Made by a program: the position numbers and the translations under genes
The notes under the pieces: model-generated
Databases searched by the model: none
What the model was told of the DNA's origin: nothing
What the model saw: the letters and a program-made list of their open reading frames with translations, nothing else
DNA from: Basidiobolus meristosporus CBS 931.73
Taxonomy: Eukaryota > Fungi > Basidiobolomycota
Length of the DNA: 64,000 nt
Direction of reading: 5' to 3'
NCBI GenBank assembly: GCA_002104905.1
Contig: MCFE01000423.1
Span: 13,700-77,699, forward strand
Shown: piece by piece, positions 23,076 through 37,296 of the stretch
Numbering within the stretch: position 1 is the stretch's first letter
Layout: every line of letters begins with the position of its first letter

Positions 23076-26000
23076 TGGAACTCAAGGCCAGGCAAAATTC
23101 ACTTGACTTAGCCATGAGCATTATCCTGGACCCAAGCAAGCAGAAAGGTTTTGGTTCAGCATTGGTATGCCAAATGTGTATCTCAAGAGTGGCATAAACT
23201 ATCAAAGGCAGAAGAATAAGGGTGCAATGGCTAATAACCCGCAGCTTCCTGATGAGCCTGCTACAAGACAGGCCAAAAGCTCTAAGCAAGCAACAAAGAC
23301 ACTTCAGGTAGCTGGAAGAGTGCCAGTTAGGGACAGGCAGGCAAGCACAGATGCATCAGCACAAAATTCATCAAGAAAAAAGAGTAGTTCCAATTTAGAG
23401 GCACTCAGTCAAAGTATCAGTGAAAGACATGGCAGCAAGAAATACCAGTGATTACCAGAGGAGCCTATCACAACTAGGTCTGAGTACTCAAAATAACCAG
23501 AAAAGTAACATCAGGCTGATAGGGAGTGCTAGTAAGGGGCAAGCAGGCTAGAATAGATGCTTCAGAGTAGCATTTATCAAGGAGAAAACATGGTTTGATA
23601 CCAGAAGCACTCAGAAAAAGTGGCATTAATGACCTGACAGTGATAAAGGAATAGATTGGGGGGAAAGTCTACACAAGCCCAAGAGAGGGAAGCGTGAGAA
23701 TAAAGCTGCAATGCCTTCTAATTAACTCAGTAAGCCTGGAACAGACTGAATACCATCACAGCCAAGATGTATTACCAACATGAAAGCAGCTGTTCTCACA
23801 AGAGTTGGAGGTGCAGCCAGTAGTGCTGCACTTTGGTGATGTAGATGAGCTTGCAGAGACAGGAAATTTGTGTGCCACAGCCTTTGCATCCTCCATTGCT
23901 GACAGAGTGGAGATCGCACTGACAAACAAAGCAACATTCTCAAGAGCTCAAAGGACTATCACAATGCCTTCAGTAGAATTTTGGAATGGTAATAGACATA
24001 CCAAGTGGTTGCCGCACTACTTTAAGAGCAGTGCTCAAGAAAATGCACTTGAATATTGCAAGGACTAGTTGCAAAGGCTGGCAGATGAGGTGCTAGACCT
24101 TGCAGTGCTTGCTAAAGACAAGGACATATGGGAATTGGTGATGGAGTTGTAGCATAAAGCTGTTGGGTTCTTGCCAATGTAATGGAAACAAATTGTTACT
24201 GTTGAAAATCTTATTCAGTGGTGAATGCTAATGGAGTTAGTGATTGAGTGTGGGGCTGGGCTTAATGCTAGTGTAGGGTATAGGGAGTTGAATAGGTCAA
24301 TACAATTGGAAATTGTGGTAAAACAGAAGTTTCAATGGAAATAGATAAGTTTGTTTGCATGAAAAGTAAGAGCAATGGTAGAGTCAGGAAGTAAGAAGTG
24401 TGAAAGAGAGGCAAGAGCCAATCAACACTCACAAACAATGGAAGTGATAGAATGTCAAGGATCAGAAAGTGAGAAAATTGAGAGAACCAATATAAAGCCA
24501 CATATGTGGGGTTGTGATTAAGAATTTTGACTAAGTTTCTTATGAAATTTGGGATGCATTTATTTTTTGACAGTCCTTGCAAATTGTCCTGACAGGAATA
24601 GTACCTCTTAGTCACGGGATTTAAGTCTGTGATAGCCTTTTGACAAGATTATCATAGTAATCTCTCACAGGGTAGTGCCTGTTACCACATTTGCCTCAAT
24701 GCTAAGGACATATTGCAATTCAATGATCAAGCACAAAAACAGCAAAGAGTGCTTTGAAAGCATTAGAAGACATATACTACCAATGCTTAGCTGCTAAGAA
24801 AATGCTCTTGGACAAAAATTCTTTACAAGAAAGATGCTATCAGGAGAGGAAATGAAAAATCCAATCAACACAGTTACCTATTGGTTGATGAGATGGAATC
24901 TGTGGGTGTATCAACTACTGATAAAGATGTGCAAGTTACTATTCTGAGCAGCCCAACAGACTAGCTTTGGGGTCTAGTACCAGCCCTAGAGTCCAGAGCT
25001 GAAGATCTGAGCCCAAGTTGCATGTATGGAACACTTGTGGATGAAAAATTTAGAAAAACAAATGCCATTAAGAAGGAAGCTGATATTACATAGGTTAACA
25101 TTTTGCTTTGGACCTCCTGTAAAAGGACAGAATACCCATCAGACTGGTGCCTCAAAAAGAATGATGATCAGTAAAAGAAGCCAGAATATGCAAATGATGC
25201 AACCACTGAAGAGTGATTATTCATATCTGCAATAAATATTACCACAGATAACAACTCTTAGACCTGGTATACTGACTTTGGTGCATTTCAATACTTACAG
25301 ACCAAAAAGAAAATCTTCCCCTATATTAAGATATTCCAATTAAGAACAGTAATAGATGCCACACACCTTCCTTCTAAGCAGTAATGCTTGTACCAGAGAC
25401 ATCCAAGAACCTACTATTAGTAAGCAAGGCCGCAGCAGCAGGACTCAGTGTCAGTTTTGACAATTGCAGATACAAGATCACTGATCAAAGTGGTGCATGT
25501 ATTGCTTTTGGTATCAGGGATCCAAATTTATACAGGTTGACTTATATTCCAAGATATTTGGAGGCCAACATAAGTAGCTTAAAAGAAAAAAGGGCAATAT
25601 TTTGGCACCAAAGATTTAGACATATGAACTTTGATTATTGGTGCAAAATGATCAAGGATCAGCCAATTTCCAGAGTAAAAATTGCTTACCTAGCTAATTT
25701 GAGGCACTGTGAAGCTTGCATACATGCAATACAAGCCAGGCAATGGCTTAAGAGCTCTGGGCTAAAGAAAACTAAGAAAAAAATATGTCTAATTCATCAG
25801 ATCTGCATGGACATATACAAAATTGTTTCCTATGTGGGATGAAGAATTTATTCACTTTCATTGATGCTTATGCAAAATACATATAGGCCTGCTTCATAGA
25901 AAAATGGAGGAAGCTCTGTCAAGGTTGAGGGATTTTGAAGCCAAGGTATGGAGTTAAACTGGTGAGAAAATCAAGAAAACACACTCCAACAATGGTGAAG

Positions 26001-29000
26001 AGTATACCTCAAGACTCTTTATCTACTTGGGCAAAATTCATGAGATAAAGCAAGAGACTACTGTAGCACATTTTCAACACCAAGATGAAGTGGCAGAAAA
26101 TACAAACACATCAATAATTGGATGGCAAAATCTATGATCCATGGTCAAAATTATCCTATGATATCTGGGTAGAACCAGATGCTGTGGCTGTGTAGCTAAG
26201 AAATAGGAGCTATAGCTGTATACTTCATTGCTCTGCTTTACTTGAGTCATAGTACAGATACAGATTATGTACCAAATATCTACAAATATATGGGTGAACA
26301 GCATAAGCCAATAACTGCCTGGAAACTAGTCAAAGTTTGAGATAAATCATAGCAGAAGAATATTTATAAATTATAAACTTAACAATACCAAGGCAAAGAA
26401 GTTGATCAAGACTACCAATGTGTTGTTATATGCAAATTTCTAATTTTACAACAAATGACACCATATTAGGATAAAAATCTGATCTCAAGTCCACTGATAG
26501 TCAGGGCTGAGTCAGAATAAAACAGTAAGAACTTTTCAATTGAGATGCCTCAACAACAATGGTTCAGCCTGAATCTGTGCCCAGAAATATCCCAGAGGTG
26601 ATCATTGCAGCACTAAACAATATATTATCTAAATGGACCACAAATGGATCAAATAAATATATCAAATAGGGCAGAAACTTAGCCTACGACTATTCAGTCC
26701 ATATTTTACAAGCCCTAAAGTGTAAAAGGGGCCATCAATAGCCCTCAGGCAATGTTTTGAAGATCTGCAATAATGGAGGAGTATCTGGCCTGGAGGGATA
26801 TCAGACTTGGGACCTAGGCAACTTACTAATCAACCAAAGATCATTGGATGCAGATGGGGGTTCATGAAATGATATATGGCTCATGGTATAACAGAGAGAT
26901 ATAACACAGGACTTGTTGTAAAAGGATAGTTTAAAAGAAAAGGACTTGACTTTAACTGAGACCTTTGCACTGGTAGCCAAGCTTAATTTCATCAGAATAA
27001 TGTGAGCCATAGCTATCATGATAACATGGCAACCATGAACACCCATGCCAAGTTTCAGCTTCCTAGCTCAATTTCTAAGAGATTCCTTCTGGAACCTTCT
27101 ACCACCTTCCAGAAAGTTCCCAACCATTCCAAAACCATTGTTACTCAATGGAACATTCCATGGAAGCTTCCCATTGTATTTTTCATAGTCCAGTACCATT
27201 TATAGAAATACCAGGTCACATGACTTAGTCACATGATCAGGTGACCCAATCCATTTGCCCATCCTGTCTCAGTGCCTGCCTTCTATATTATTATCCCCAG
27301 CACTGCTGCTGTGCCTCACCCCACAACCCCATTAGTATTAGCTAATATCTCTTGGCGTCAGTATAACCAAAAAGTATATAGTCCTATCCCCCCTTAAGTA
27401 TTCCTCAGTCTGATAAACACAGGTCTTGAATAAACAGCCTTGCCTTGGAAATCTGCCTTGACTTGTTGATCCACACCTAAGTTCTTTCCCGGTCCTGCCT
27501 TGCCTAGCCCTACTCTCCTGCCTTGTGTCTATTCACCACAATAGCTGTCAAATGTAGGCTTCTATTCATCAAGCTGATGTAAAGACTGCATCTTGAATGA
27601 AAAACTTAATGAGCACATGCTCATGGGCCAGCCTAACGGGCTTTCTTAACAAGATAACCCCCATTAGGTCTGCAATCTTAAAAAGTCTCTTTATAGTATG
27701 AAATAATTTCCACAAGGCTAGAATTGCAAGATAGATTCTTATTTTGATTAATTAGGTTTCCAAAGAGAAGTGCTGACTGAAGTATCTCCTATAAGCCAGC
27801 CAGGCAAGTCCAGTCTTATTAGCTCCTTATGTAAATCTCATTAGAGTCACCAACAACCAAGAAGCTGTGGAAGAGACTAAATCCTACATATCTAAAGAAC
27901 CCAGGATGTCCAACCTGGGAGAACTCATTTACTGTTTAGGCATAAACTCCTTATGAACAGAAGTACAAAGACTATGACTGTATGGCTGTCAAAGTATACT
28001 CAAGATATACTAAAGAAGTATCAAGTGGAAGACTGTACACCAGCAGCTACCCCAATGTAAATAAATCTTGACTTATTGAGAGCTCAACCCAATAAAGAGA
28101 GCCTGATGCTATGAAAAAGCCCTGTCTTTTCCTACAAATCTATGGTCAGCAGTCTGATGCATATCATGCTTGAAACACAACCCAATACTGCATAGTCAGT
28201 GGGAGCTGTCAGTCAATAAATTCAGAACTATAGATCAGATCATATTGCAGTAGTGAAGCAGTTTTTTTGAAAACCTAATTAGAGCTACTAATATCAGCTT
28301 AGGGTGCCCCTGTAAGAAAATAGAGCAGGATATTACAGGATAATTCTATGCAGATTGGGAACAAAGCTTAGATAATAGAGCATCTACTACTTCATACACC
28401 TTTTTTTACTGTAAAGGAGCATTTCATCAAAATTCAAGACAGCAACCAGCTGTAACACTTTCCACCACAGTTGCAAAGTAAATGACAGCCTGTGAAGCTA
28501 CAAAAGAAGCAGCATGGCTAAGGCAGCTTTTCATATACTTGGACTATGTCAAAAATACATTTGTTACTTTATATCAAGATATTCAAGGATGCATAAAATT
28601 AAGTAGAAATCCAACTTCTCATGCTAGAGCTGAGCACATGTATTATGACAATGTTTCACACAAGAAACTATCAATAATAGTATAAATAGCTTAATTTACT
28701 GTCTTACAGAAGGAATGATTGTAAACATATTACCAAACTATCAGCTAGAGACAGATTTGAATATCTTAGGTCTAAGTTAGGGCCATTCAGTATGAGCATT
28801 TATTCAAGAGGGGGTGTTCTATGATTTGTTACTCTACCAAAATATTCACCTAGGTTGGTCACTTAGATCATTACCTACAAATCTTAAAGAATACTGACCA
28901 AACTTCTTGCCAGGATATGCTTGGAATATTTTCACCTTTATGTCAGATACCCAGAACTTGAAAATTCTCAAAGTAGTCCAAACTGCCCAGGCCTGAACAC

Positions 29001-29154
29001 ATGCTCTTGGGACCATCCTTGTTCTATTCTACATGTTTGTTATACAATGACCATGTCAAGTAAATACTACTTTTACATTTGGCAAACTGTCAAGTAAAGA
29101 CTCCATAATCTACTGATTCTCCCAATCACTTCTAGTAATTCCAAGACTCTTAGA

Positions 29155-29790
29155 GCTGCTTTCCTCTGCATAGTGTCTATATTTATTGGCACTGCTTCCA
29201 ATTATCTTCTTTGATGGTGATTAAGTGCTTTCCGGTTAGTTACTGTAGGCCTCTTAGCTCCAACTATTGCCTGTTAATTATCAATTGCAAGCTTGATGGC
29301 TTCTTCAATAGTCTGGGGTCTTTGAAAGTTCACTTCCTTATAAGTTCTTTCCTTCACCCATCTGTAAGGTATTCAACTTGATTAAGGGGGTCCATTCTTA
29401 AAATCTGCCCTAGTAAACATCTATACTCCCAGAAATATGCTTAAACCATTCCTTTCTGTCTGAGTGTCTTCAGCCTCCACCTCAGTAGTGTCTGCTGGTG
29501 TGAAGGTTCAAAAGCATCCTGAATTCTCAGCACAAACTCATCCCTGGTAGCAATAGTTGAGCATCCCATCATATGGGCTGACCTGATCCTGTTGGGGGTA
29601 CCACTATAGGACTGGATCCACCAAAATAGATGATGGTTTATGCAGCTTACTTGCTAGGGTAACTCCTTCAGTCCAGGTGCTTGAAAAGCTTTCCTAGCCA
29701 CATTTCTTCTTCTGTGGCTTCACAGGCTGCCTTATAATGCGCCTATATGGTAGAGAGTGCTACCATTGATTGCTTTCCTGAATTTTATGT
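29155..29790 (-). pseudogene. Gypsy gag fragment related to the intact element at 57130
   Basis: Reverse complement matches the MDPLDQVEY...[14 protein letters not shown] region. Confidence 0.65.
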
Positions 29791-31635
29791 ATTTTCTCCT
29801 TTACTGTCCCTATGAGAATTAATTTGATCCACAGGTGGATCCAATCTGGATCTGCTGTCAGGATCATGTAATGAGTCCATCATAATGCTAGCAGCTTGGA
29901 TTGTTAACCCTGTTTACAATGTTATGATAGGGGTGTGATGGTGTTTAGATGGCTCTTAATTGGATTTCAATGGTATCTTGAAGATTATATTGCAACCTAC
30001 ACTTTTTTGAGTAGGCCTATTCAACCAGTGCATGCAAATGCCATATATGAAGTAAGCCTAACATTATTTCAACTGCCTTGATGCAGACATTTGATGGCAT
30101 TATAAAGACAGTGTGGTGGCCTCCTGCTAGCACCATATAATGGTACCTTACCAGTTTACCAAAAATAATATATTCCCTTTTGCCACATCCCCTTGTACCA
30201 TTCATAAATACCATTGTAGAATAACTCCAATTTATTTATTTATCCATTACTACCACTGATAGTCCATATAGAGTCTGAATCAAAGTAAACTATGGCCCAC
30301 TACTTACTCACCTTTAAACACATGCATACATGCTGTATTTGCCACTCATGTATCATGTCAACCTTGCAGCATTGTAGTGTGATATTTGCAAAGTTATCTT
30401 ATACCTTATATTAATGATGGCAAATACATCCTGCAAACATATGCCCAGTTACCACTACTTTTGTTATATATACCTCTTGGATATCTGCAATATACTTCTT
30501 GGTACTTGACCAGTATTATCCTTTTCCCTGCTGGATTCTAGTCCTCTGTATATGTATGCTCTGGTTCTGTTTGTATGAGTTTCAAACTGAATGGCGTAAA
30601 AATCAGCTGGTAACAAGGGGAAACCTAGCATATACTGGTAAATGTATTATAATAGAACTGGTATCATATTGCTTCTACACTTCTTTAAATTATGTAACTG
30701 AATATCCATGCATTGGGGCCACTTAGCTTCTTAATTCCAAGGCATAGGTGTCTCCATGTGCACAGCAATTCTCTGTACTCTCCAACTCTTACTGGATGAC
30801 ATTCTTATGCCAGCTCATCACACCCCTGACAGATGTGAGGGTGATATTCTTAATGAGATTTGTATATGGTTATACTTGCAACTTGAATTGCCGTCTTATT
30901 TCCCCTTACATCTGCACTATAGCAAAATCTCCAAAGGTGAAGCAAGGTTAAACATTTTCCCCATGCCAGGCAAGATGGAGCAGAGAACAGATATAATAGC
31001 AGCAAAGATTCACCTGTACAGCTCTGTGCTTAAAATTTAACCACTGATATTCCAACACAAACTTCTTGCATTGAAGCTGAAGATGGATCAAGTGGGCATT
31101 GGTGATCTACTTCTGGATAAGGATTACTACATTGCAAACATGTGACTTCCATTGCTTCCAATGCACTCTGGGTAAAACCTTCTCAAAGGCCACTTCAATA
31201 AATATATATCCAGTCCATCCATTTCTTGCATTTGTATTGTAGCATATGTGCGCTAATATTCATTGTAGCTTGTGACAAGAACTTTGGGTAACATAAACTC
31301 TATAATGATATGCAATTCTCTCAAGTTTCTCCAGTATCTTAACAGACTCAATTAGCACAAAGTGCCCCATATACAAATTGACAATTACTATTGGGGTATT
31401 ACTAAAGAGCAAATGCACTGCTTCCAGTGAGACGCTTTTGCTCCTACATATTAGACTTGTTCCGTTGGATAGTGCCACATAGTGCCAGCCTGTTTATAGT
31501 GCCAGATCAATCTGGCACTCTACGGCACCATCTGGCACTATAATTTCTACCATGATGCCAGTGGTATGATACAGTTACTGGTAATTTTACTCAATCTTAC
31601 TTATGTTGCTCAGAATAGTGCTTTCCTTGCTTTAT

Positions 31636-32520
31636 TTACTCTTCATAATGCTCCAGACACATTTCTCTCAGTGGATGTCTTCTTGTATGAACATACTGTG
31701 CATTAATAAGTATCTTAACTATTTTACCTATCCTGCTGTTTTCACCTATATATGACTTTCCTCTGTATTTACCTGCCAATATGCTGAATCTCTTCAGATA
31801 TCCAAATGTGTGCTCTACCCTCACTCTGAAATGATTAAATATCTCATTGTAGAGCTTCTGCTTCCTGCTAAGCACACCATTCCTTGGCTTCCTATAAGCT
31901 GTAATACATCCTAATCTCTGACAATCCTCTCCTATATAGGCTAAGTCTGCCATACATTTCTCCCCTCTACTGAATTCAGGATGATTCTCTACCCAGAGTG
32001 CTTTGTCATGCCTACTTCCAGCAAATGGCCCACTAAACCAGATGATGTTGCCCTCAATGTCAGACAGTGCTTGAAACTTCACACAGTGTGCCTTGTACTT
32101 GCCAGAATAAAAGTGCCTCTGCCCTCTAGAAGGTCTGTTAATCCTCACTGGGAAGGTATCCAAAATACTCCTGATATGGAACCTGTTGCTGAACACTCTG
32201 GGATATGGAAGTCTATTGGAGCTTCTGAACCTAGTATTCCAAGCTTGCTCTAAGTCATTCATACCCTCTGCAAGGTGGTTCTCCATTGCTGTCAGCTGGG
32301 AATGAAAGCTTCTAGGACTTTTGTTGCCATGGATGGTGGGATGAAACCTTGTAGGGCAATAGTTCTTGTAATAGCAGAGAAGCTTAACAAGGGATCTCCT
32401 TGAGTAGATTGGGGTTGATGGTCCACAGTACTTGGTATAGGTCTCCTCCAGTGTGTCAAAAGGAAATCCAGTGGTAGTGATGGGATTGATGAGAAAAGAC
32501 CACTCAGATGAGTAAGACAT
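31636..32520 (-). CDS. Intact 294-aa DDE_Tnp_4 (Harbinger/IS5-like) transposase
   Basis: Uninterrupted ORF from MSYSSEW to CLEHYEE*, with ILDTFP / RHD / MADLAY / RVRVEHTFG catalytic motifs. Confidence 0.9.
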   Translation of the reverse strand: MSYSSEWSFLINPITTTGFPFDTLEETYTKYCGPSTPIYSRRSLVKLLCYYKNYCPTRFHPTIHGNKSPRSFHSQLTAMENHLAEGMNDLEQAWNTRFRSSNRLPYPRVFSNRFHIRSILDTFPVRINRPSRGQRHFYSGKYKAHCVKFQALSDIEGNIIWFSGPFAGSRHDKALWVENHPEFSRGEKCMADLAYIGEDCQRLGCITAYRKPRNGVLSRKQKLYNEIFNHFRVRVEHTFGYLKRFSILAGKYRGKSYIGENSRIGKIVKILINAQYVHTRRHPLREMCLEHYEE

Positions 32521-32972
32521 ATTAAAATTGATGGATGATTGTATAAAGGCGGTTTGAATCAATTCGGCGCGATCCGCCTTATTTATCTGATTTTTAACAC
32601 ATTATGGTTAAATCTCCATCAATTGCCACATATCCCATCATTATGTCGCAAAAATCATCCGCAAACAATGCCTTGGTACTTTTATTGATGCTTTAATCAT
32701 AGGTCTATAATCAAATAGGAAATCTGCGATTGATGTGATCTGATCCGTGTCAACGCGATCCGAGATGCATCATGCATAATATATGGAAAATTCAACAATC
32801 ACATTAGTTTTCATATATATTTCATATAAGACCAGGTTGATGCCAATATACTGCTGTATAAGTATCCAAATCCGTTGCTATGGTCCCCATACCAAGCCTC
32901 AACTCATCTTTAGTACAACCCAGACAAAACCCATCCCCCAGCTCACAAGCGCGGTCCAGACCGGAAAAGTCG

Positions 32973-34127
32973 ATGTCAGATCTGTTTGAGTTCTCGCCAA
33001 ATGATTTTAGTATGGCCCAAGTGTCTATGATGAGCCTTCATACAGATATTTGGGCACTACTGATTAATCTAGCAGAACTAGATACCTCAGAGAGTTGACA
33101 AAGATGGAAGAACTTGAGTAGAAAGCTGTGGCATGAGTTCTACATCAAGATGCCAGCCGATGTATGTAAAAAGATATATAACAAGACAAGTATTGAAATC
33201 AAGAATGAGCTGAGAGTGAGGGGATTCGACAAAGAAGCCACGCGGGAACAATTTTGCGCGCAATTTGCACAGTACGGGCCGGACGCGTCCGTTCGTGCCT
33301 CAACTTTGGGAACCAAAGAGATTTTGAATGAGTTTTTGCCTCAAATGACTAATGTACTACATGATATATTAGTAGAGCTAAGTGGCTTCCAAGAGCAATA
33401 TACACAGGACTCATCCAGGCAACAGCTCCAAAGTATCAGACAGAGGGTAAGTGAATACCTTGAGGAATCAGATGGTGAGCTTCAGGAGGAAGAATACAGA
33501 CCGCGGGCAACATTGTCCAGATCGCGCCAGCACGCCTTGCTGGATTCCCTACCATCTCTTGCAACCACAGCGCGCCGGCGCACGTCAGTCCAGACCACGC
33601 CAACACCCTTTACCAGAACGCCCCACGTCGAGTCAACGCGCGTTGGGTCAACGCGCGCGCTTCAGAGCAAAACTACGAGAACTCGCCAAACTGCTCATTT
33701 AGACACGAGTCCATTGGAGCGGACCAAGTTGCGTCAACATGCGGCATCCCATCAAACTCAGCCAAGGGCCATCTCAACGCGTCAAGGCGCGCCTGTGCGT
33801 GCCGTTTCGCCCGACCATCAGCGAGTTACTTCTGGTGAACTGACTGATGATGACCAACATGAAGTGCCTCAACCACCAGAGCCCTTGGCAAGTAAAAGAA
33901 CGCGTCAGCGCGTGGCACTACAGGCCGGTTCAGTTAGTTCAGTCGGAGCAATTCAGCGCGGCCAAGCTGCAGCATCGCAGTCATCAACTAGGAGGCAAAA
34001 TACTGACTACGAATACACAAGTAGCCAAGATGATAGTCAGCCTGGAAGTAGTATAGGTGTGCAAAGTGAGTCACTACCAAATGCTTCAGTAGTAATCCCT
34101 GTGAGAAAAAAACCCAGGAGAAGATGA
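32973..34127 (+). pseudogene. Partner ORF2 of copy 2; TGA at 33096-33098
   Basis: In-frame ORFs 32880..33098 and 33114..34127, homologous to copy 1 ORF2. Confidence 0.75.
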
Positions 34128-36019
34128 TGCGATTGCTTTGAATCGCTCACATTTGTAATGATCCCGACAACCCTTTTTTTTGCGATCCAAATCGAGCCAT
34201 CGCAAATCAGTGATCATCAAATTTTTGATATAAGTAATATCAAGGTCGTCTCACATTTGAGACAGAACCCCTATAAATAAACACCCTGCATATATATACG
34301 TCATCTGTAATACCAGTGCAGCAATTGGATCTGTTCCGCACCTACACGATTGCTTGCGTGCTAGCTATGACACCTAGCCCAATCACTAGGATCAGGGATT
34401 TACTTGCTCAATGGGCAAAATGGGATATTTGTTGGCGAATCAGGTAGCTTTTTTAGTAGTCAATGAGCCAATTGGGGGATGCCAGCTTCAGGATACTTTT
34501 GGACCAATTAACCACTGAGATACCGTCCAATTGGAGTGAGGGTAACCAAAATGGTAAGTATCAGTATAGTTTATAGTGTGATACACATTTATTTCCATTT
34601 ACATTAAAGAAACATATCCAAATACCGGATTTTACCTGCCATTATAGCGGTATCCGATTGCGCACATGATGCAAACATTACGAGTTGGCGCGATCATCCG
34701 TGCCAACCTCATCATGTCAGATTGTGCCATAGTGTGCGAGATCGTCCCACATAGTGCGAAATCGTCCAAGAACGATCCTGTCTTCTGGTAGCCATAATAT
34801 CGCGCCCGATTGTTCTTTGCGACGGCGGATCGCGCCGCGCGCCCTGGCACGGTACAATGGAACAAGTCTATTCCCTCTATCTGGGGAATTGCCACTTATT
34901 GACTAATATCATAATCTAGCCAATAGAATATGGCTTGCCAGTTTTGCTGAATTTGCATGCTGACTTCTGTACATTCTCTCTGTGAGAAGATGATGTATTT
35001 AGTGTTGGTTCCTGGATAATGGCAATGTGCGCCAGTTATTGAGTAAGTTCCCTGGAAATCACACACTCAACAATAATACTGTTCAGTGCACCCAGAATAG
35101 CTGTCTATCTTGCTGATAGCTGGGGTGTCTCCAGCACAGATAAAGATATGCATTATCATGATAATCAATAACCAGTATCCTGATAAATAGCACATAGAAC
35201 TCATCCAGCAGTTGACACAGGTATTTACTCAGATTGGATAGAGATTTGGAGCAAGCAATCAGTGAGACTTCCACCAGATTTATACTATAATACTGAAGAG
35301 TTGGCAGCAGTTTTTAGTTGATAAGAGGCAGTAGGCAGCAGGGTTTGCAAGCAGAGTACTTGTTCAGTGAGAAACCATCGTATGCTAAGCAAAGGTATGG
35401 TCTCACATGTGTTCAAGGTAGCCTTGGTTTCTTAGCTTTTTACAATGCTTACCATCAAATACATTGCAAATGTTGGTGCTTACTTGAAACTGAGTGTGAA
35501 ACCTGAGTGCTTCACCACATTTGTCAGACTGCATAAATTTTTTAGACAAACTACTACTTGGATGCATACACAGTGTGCACAATGTTACTTCCTGCAATAG
35601 TGACTTCCTGACAAGTTAGACACCTAGCAATTGTGGCATTTTTTGATATGAATGCCATGCAACAGGTAACACAGGCAGGTATTAGAATAATTACTAGGCC
35701 ATATGTTGCCAGCAGCGTATTAGTCCTACATTTGTATCAGGTACATGACAAGCTAAATGCCCAAATGAACTTGGCAAGCAGTAGCAGTAATTTCTCACAG
35801 CCCCCATTACTGATATTGGTAGCAGTGTGCCACTTCTCTGCTGAAATATTGAACTATTTGTTATCATTCAGCAGCTAAAAATTTACTTAACCAATCTAGA
35901 CTAGTCTTGAGCACTGTAGGACTAATTTGCAGCCCCAAATTTGCCAGTTTTTTCATGTCCATGATCCTATAATGATTCCCCTATAGTGAAGATCAAATTA
36001 ACACTTTTTACCAAACATT

Positions 36020-36753
36020 AGACTTGTTCCGTTGGATAGTGCCACATTGAGTCATAAGTGCCAAATGATGCCATAGTGTGACAGAGAGGTAAAGTGAGCC
36101 TATACTTGGCCACAGAGTGTGAAACATAGCTCTGCATCTTCATGCAAAGCAGCCCCTGTGTTTCACCCATTGTGTTGGAGAAAATCCATTTTTTGACCTT
36201 TTTTTTTGAATCAATGTTGTGCAGGATGTGTTAGAGCACAAGCAGATTGAAGATATGCATCTGGTACTCAATACCCATGGCACTCTGAATCTAGCTCCTG
36301 TAGCTTGTATCATGTCACAAAAATGGATGGCACTATCTTGGTCCACTGGCACTATCTGGCACTATAAGTGCTTTGTATAGATCTTACTTTAGGGTTAATA
36401 TTTAAATATAGTGCCAGATAGTACCAGTGGACCAAGATAGTGCCATTCATTTTTGTGACATGATACAAGGCACAGGAGCTAGATTCCAAGTGCCATGGGT
36501 ATTGAGTACCAGATGCATGTCTTCAGTTCTCCTGTGCTCTTACACATCCTGAGCTACATTCATCCACAAAAAAAGGTCAAAAAATGGATTTTCTCCTGCG
36601 CAATGGGTGAAACACAGGGGCTGCTTTACATAAAGATGCAGAGCTATGTTTCACACTCTGTGGCCAAGTATAGGATCACTTTACCTCTCTGGCACACTAT
36701 GGTATCATTTGGCACTCATGGCTCAATGTGGCACTATCCAACGGAACAAGTCT
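36020..36753. mobile_element. Foldback MITE of the Pangu-like family (734 bp; ~345-bp inverted arms, ~40-bp loop)
   Basis: AGACTTGTTCCGTTGGATAGTGCCACATTGAG...CTCAATGTGGCACTATCCAACGGAACAAGTCT with ATT/ATT duplication. The arms pair along almost the whole length. Confidence 0.92.
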
Positions 36754-37296
36754 ATTATGTAGTAACCCTGACACTGTTACAGAATACTCCTGAATGTTGG
36801 GAAGCCCTCCTTAATTAGTGTTACAGCTGCATTGCCTCAACAAAGGTATATATACCAATCCTCTTTATGAGTAATGAACAGTTCAACTATTAGCACTATA
36901 TCTTAATAAGTTCCTCACATCCAAATCACTTCTTAAGTTACAGCTTTCTCTAGCCGCAACATCACATCATTCATCAGTAAATGGATAATTGGGCTCAATT
37001 GGCTTCATATAGTATCATTGCAATATCTTACACAGTTGTTGTCTTATTCTATAGTGGGATTTTCCCAGGCTTATACATGGTACTATTATTGGGGGAGATT
37101 GGGCCATAATTCATCAGCGGGCCTTTCTCTTCAGAACTATCATTACTCTAGCCATATTCAGAAGGCCAAGGTGAGCCTAAAGGCATCACAACCATACCCA
37201 AATTGGCTTGAGCAAGGCAAAAAGTATAGCAAGGTGCTGTTATAGAAGTATCATATGGCCAGCAAGATATTGTTGATAGGCAATGACAGATGAATG

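Larger units (their letters stand above)
18119..29154 (+). mobile_element. Ty1/Copia relic B with both LTRs (18119..18458 and 28815..~29154), split by nested insertions at ~18712-24620
   Basis: Similar LTRs; GGTCATGGGC PBS-like site at 18459; GAGGGGG polypurine tract before 28815. Remnants of gag (18480-18710, 24700-24950), protease (WYTDFGA), pre-integrase (WHQRFRHMN), RT and RNase H (MTACEATKEAAWLRQL). Confidence 0.8.
31453..34869. mobile_element. PHIS-superfamily (Pangu-like) two-gene DNA transposon, full-length copy 2 (3417 bp)
   Basis: Same TIRs as copy 1, ATT/ATT duplication, near-identical to 10401..13803. Confidence 0.92.
29808..35280 (-). mobile_element. CACTA/EnSpm-like relic interrupted by Pangu-like copy 2
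   Basis: End CCCTATGAG. Segments at 30720-31450 and 34870-35280 are homologous to 19020-20450. Right boundary approximate. Confidence 0.7.
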
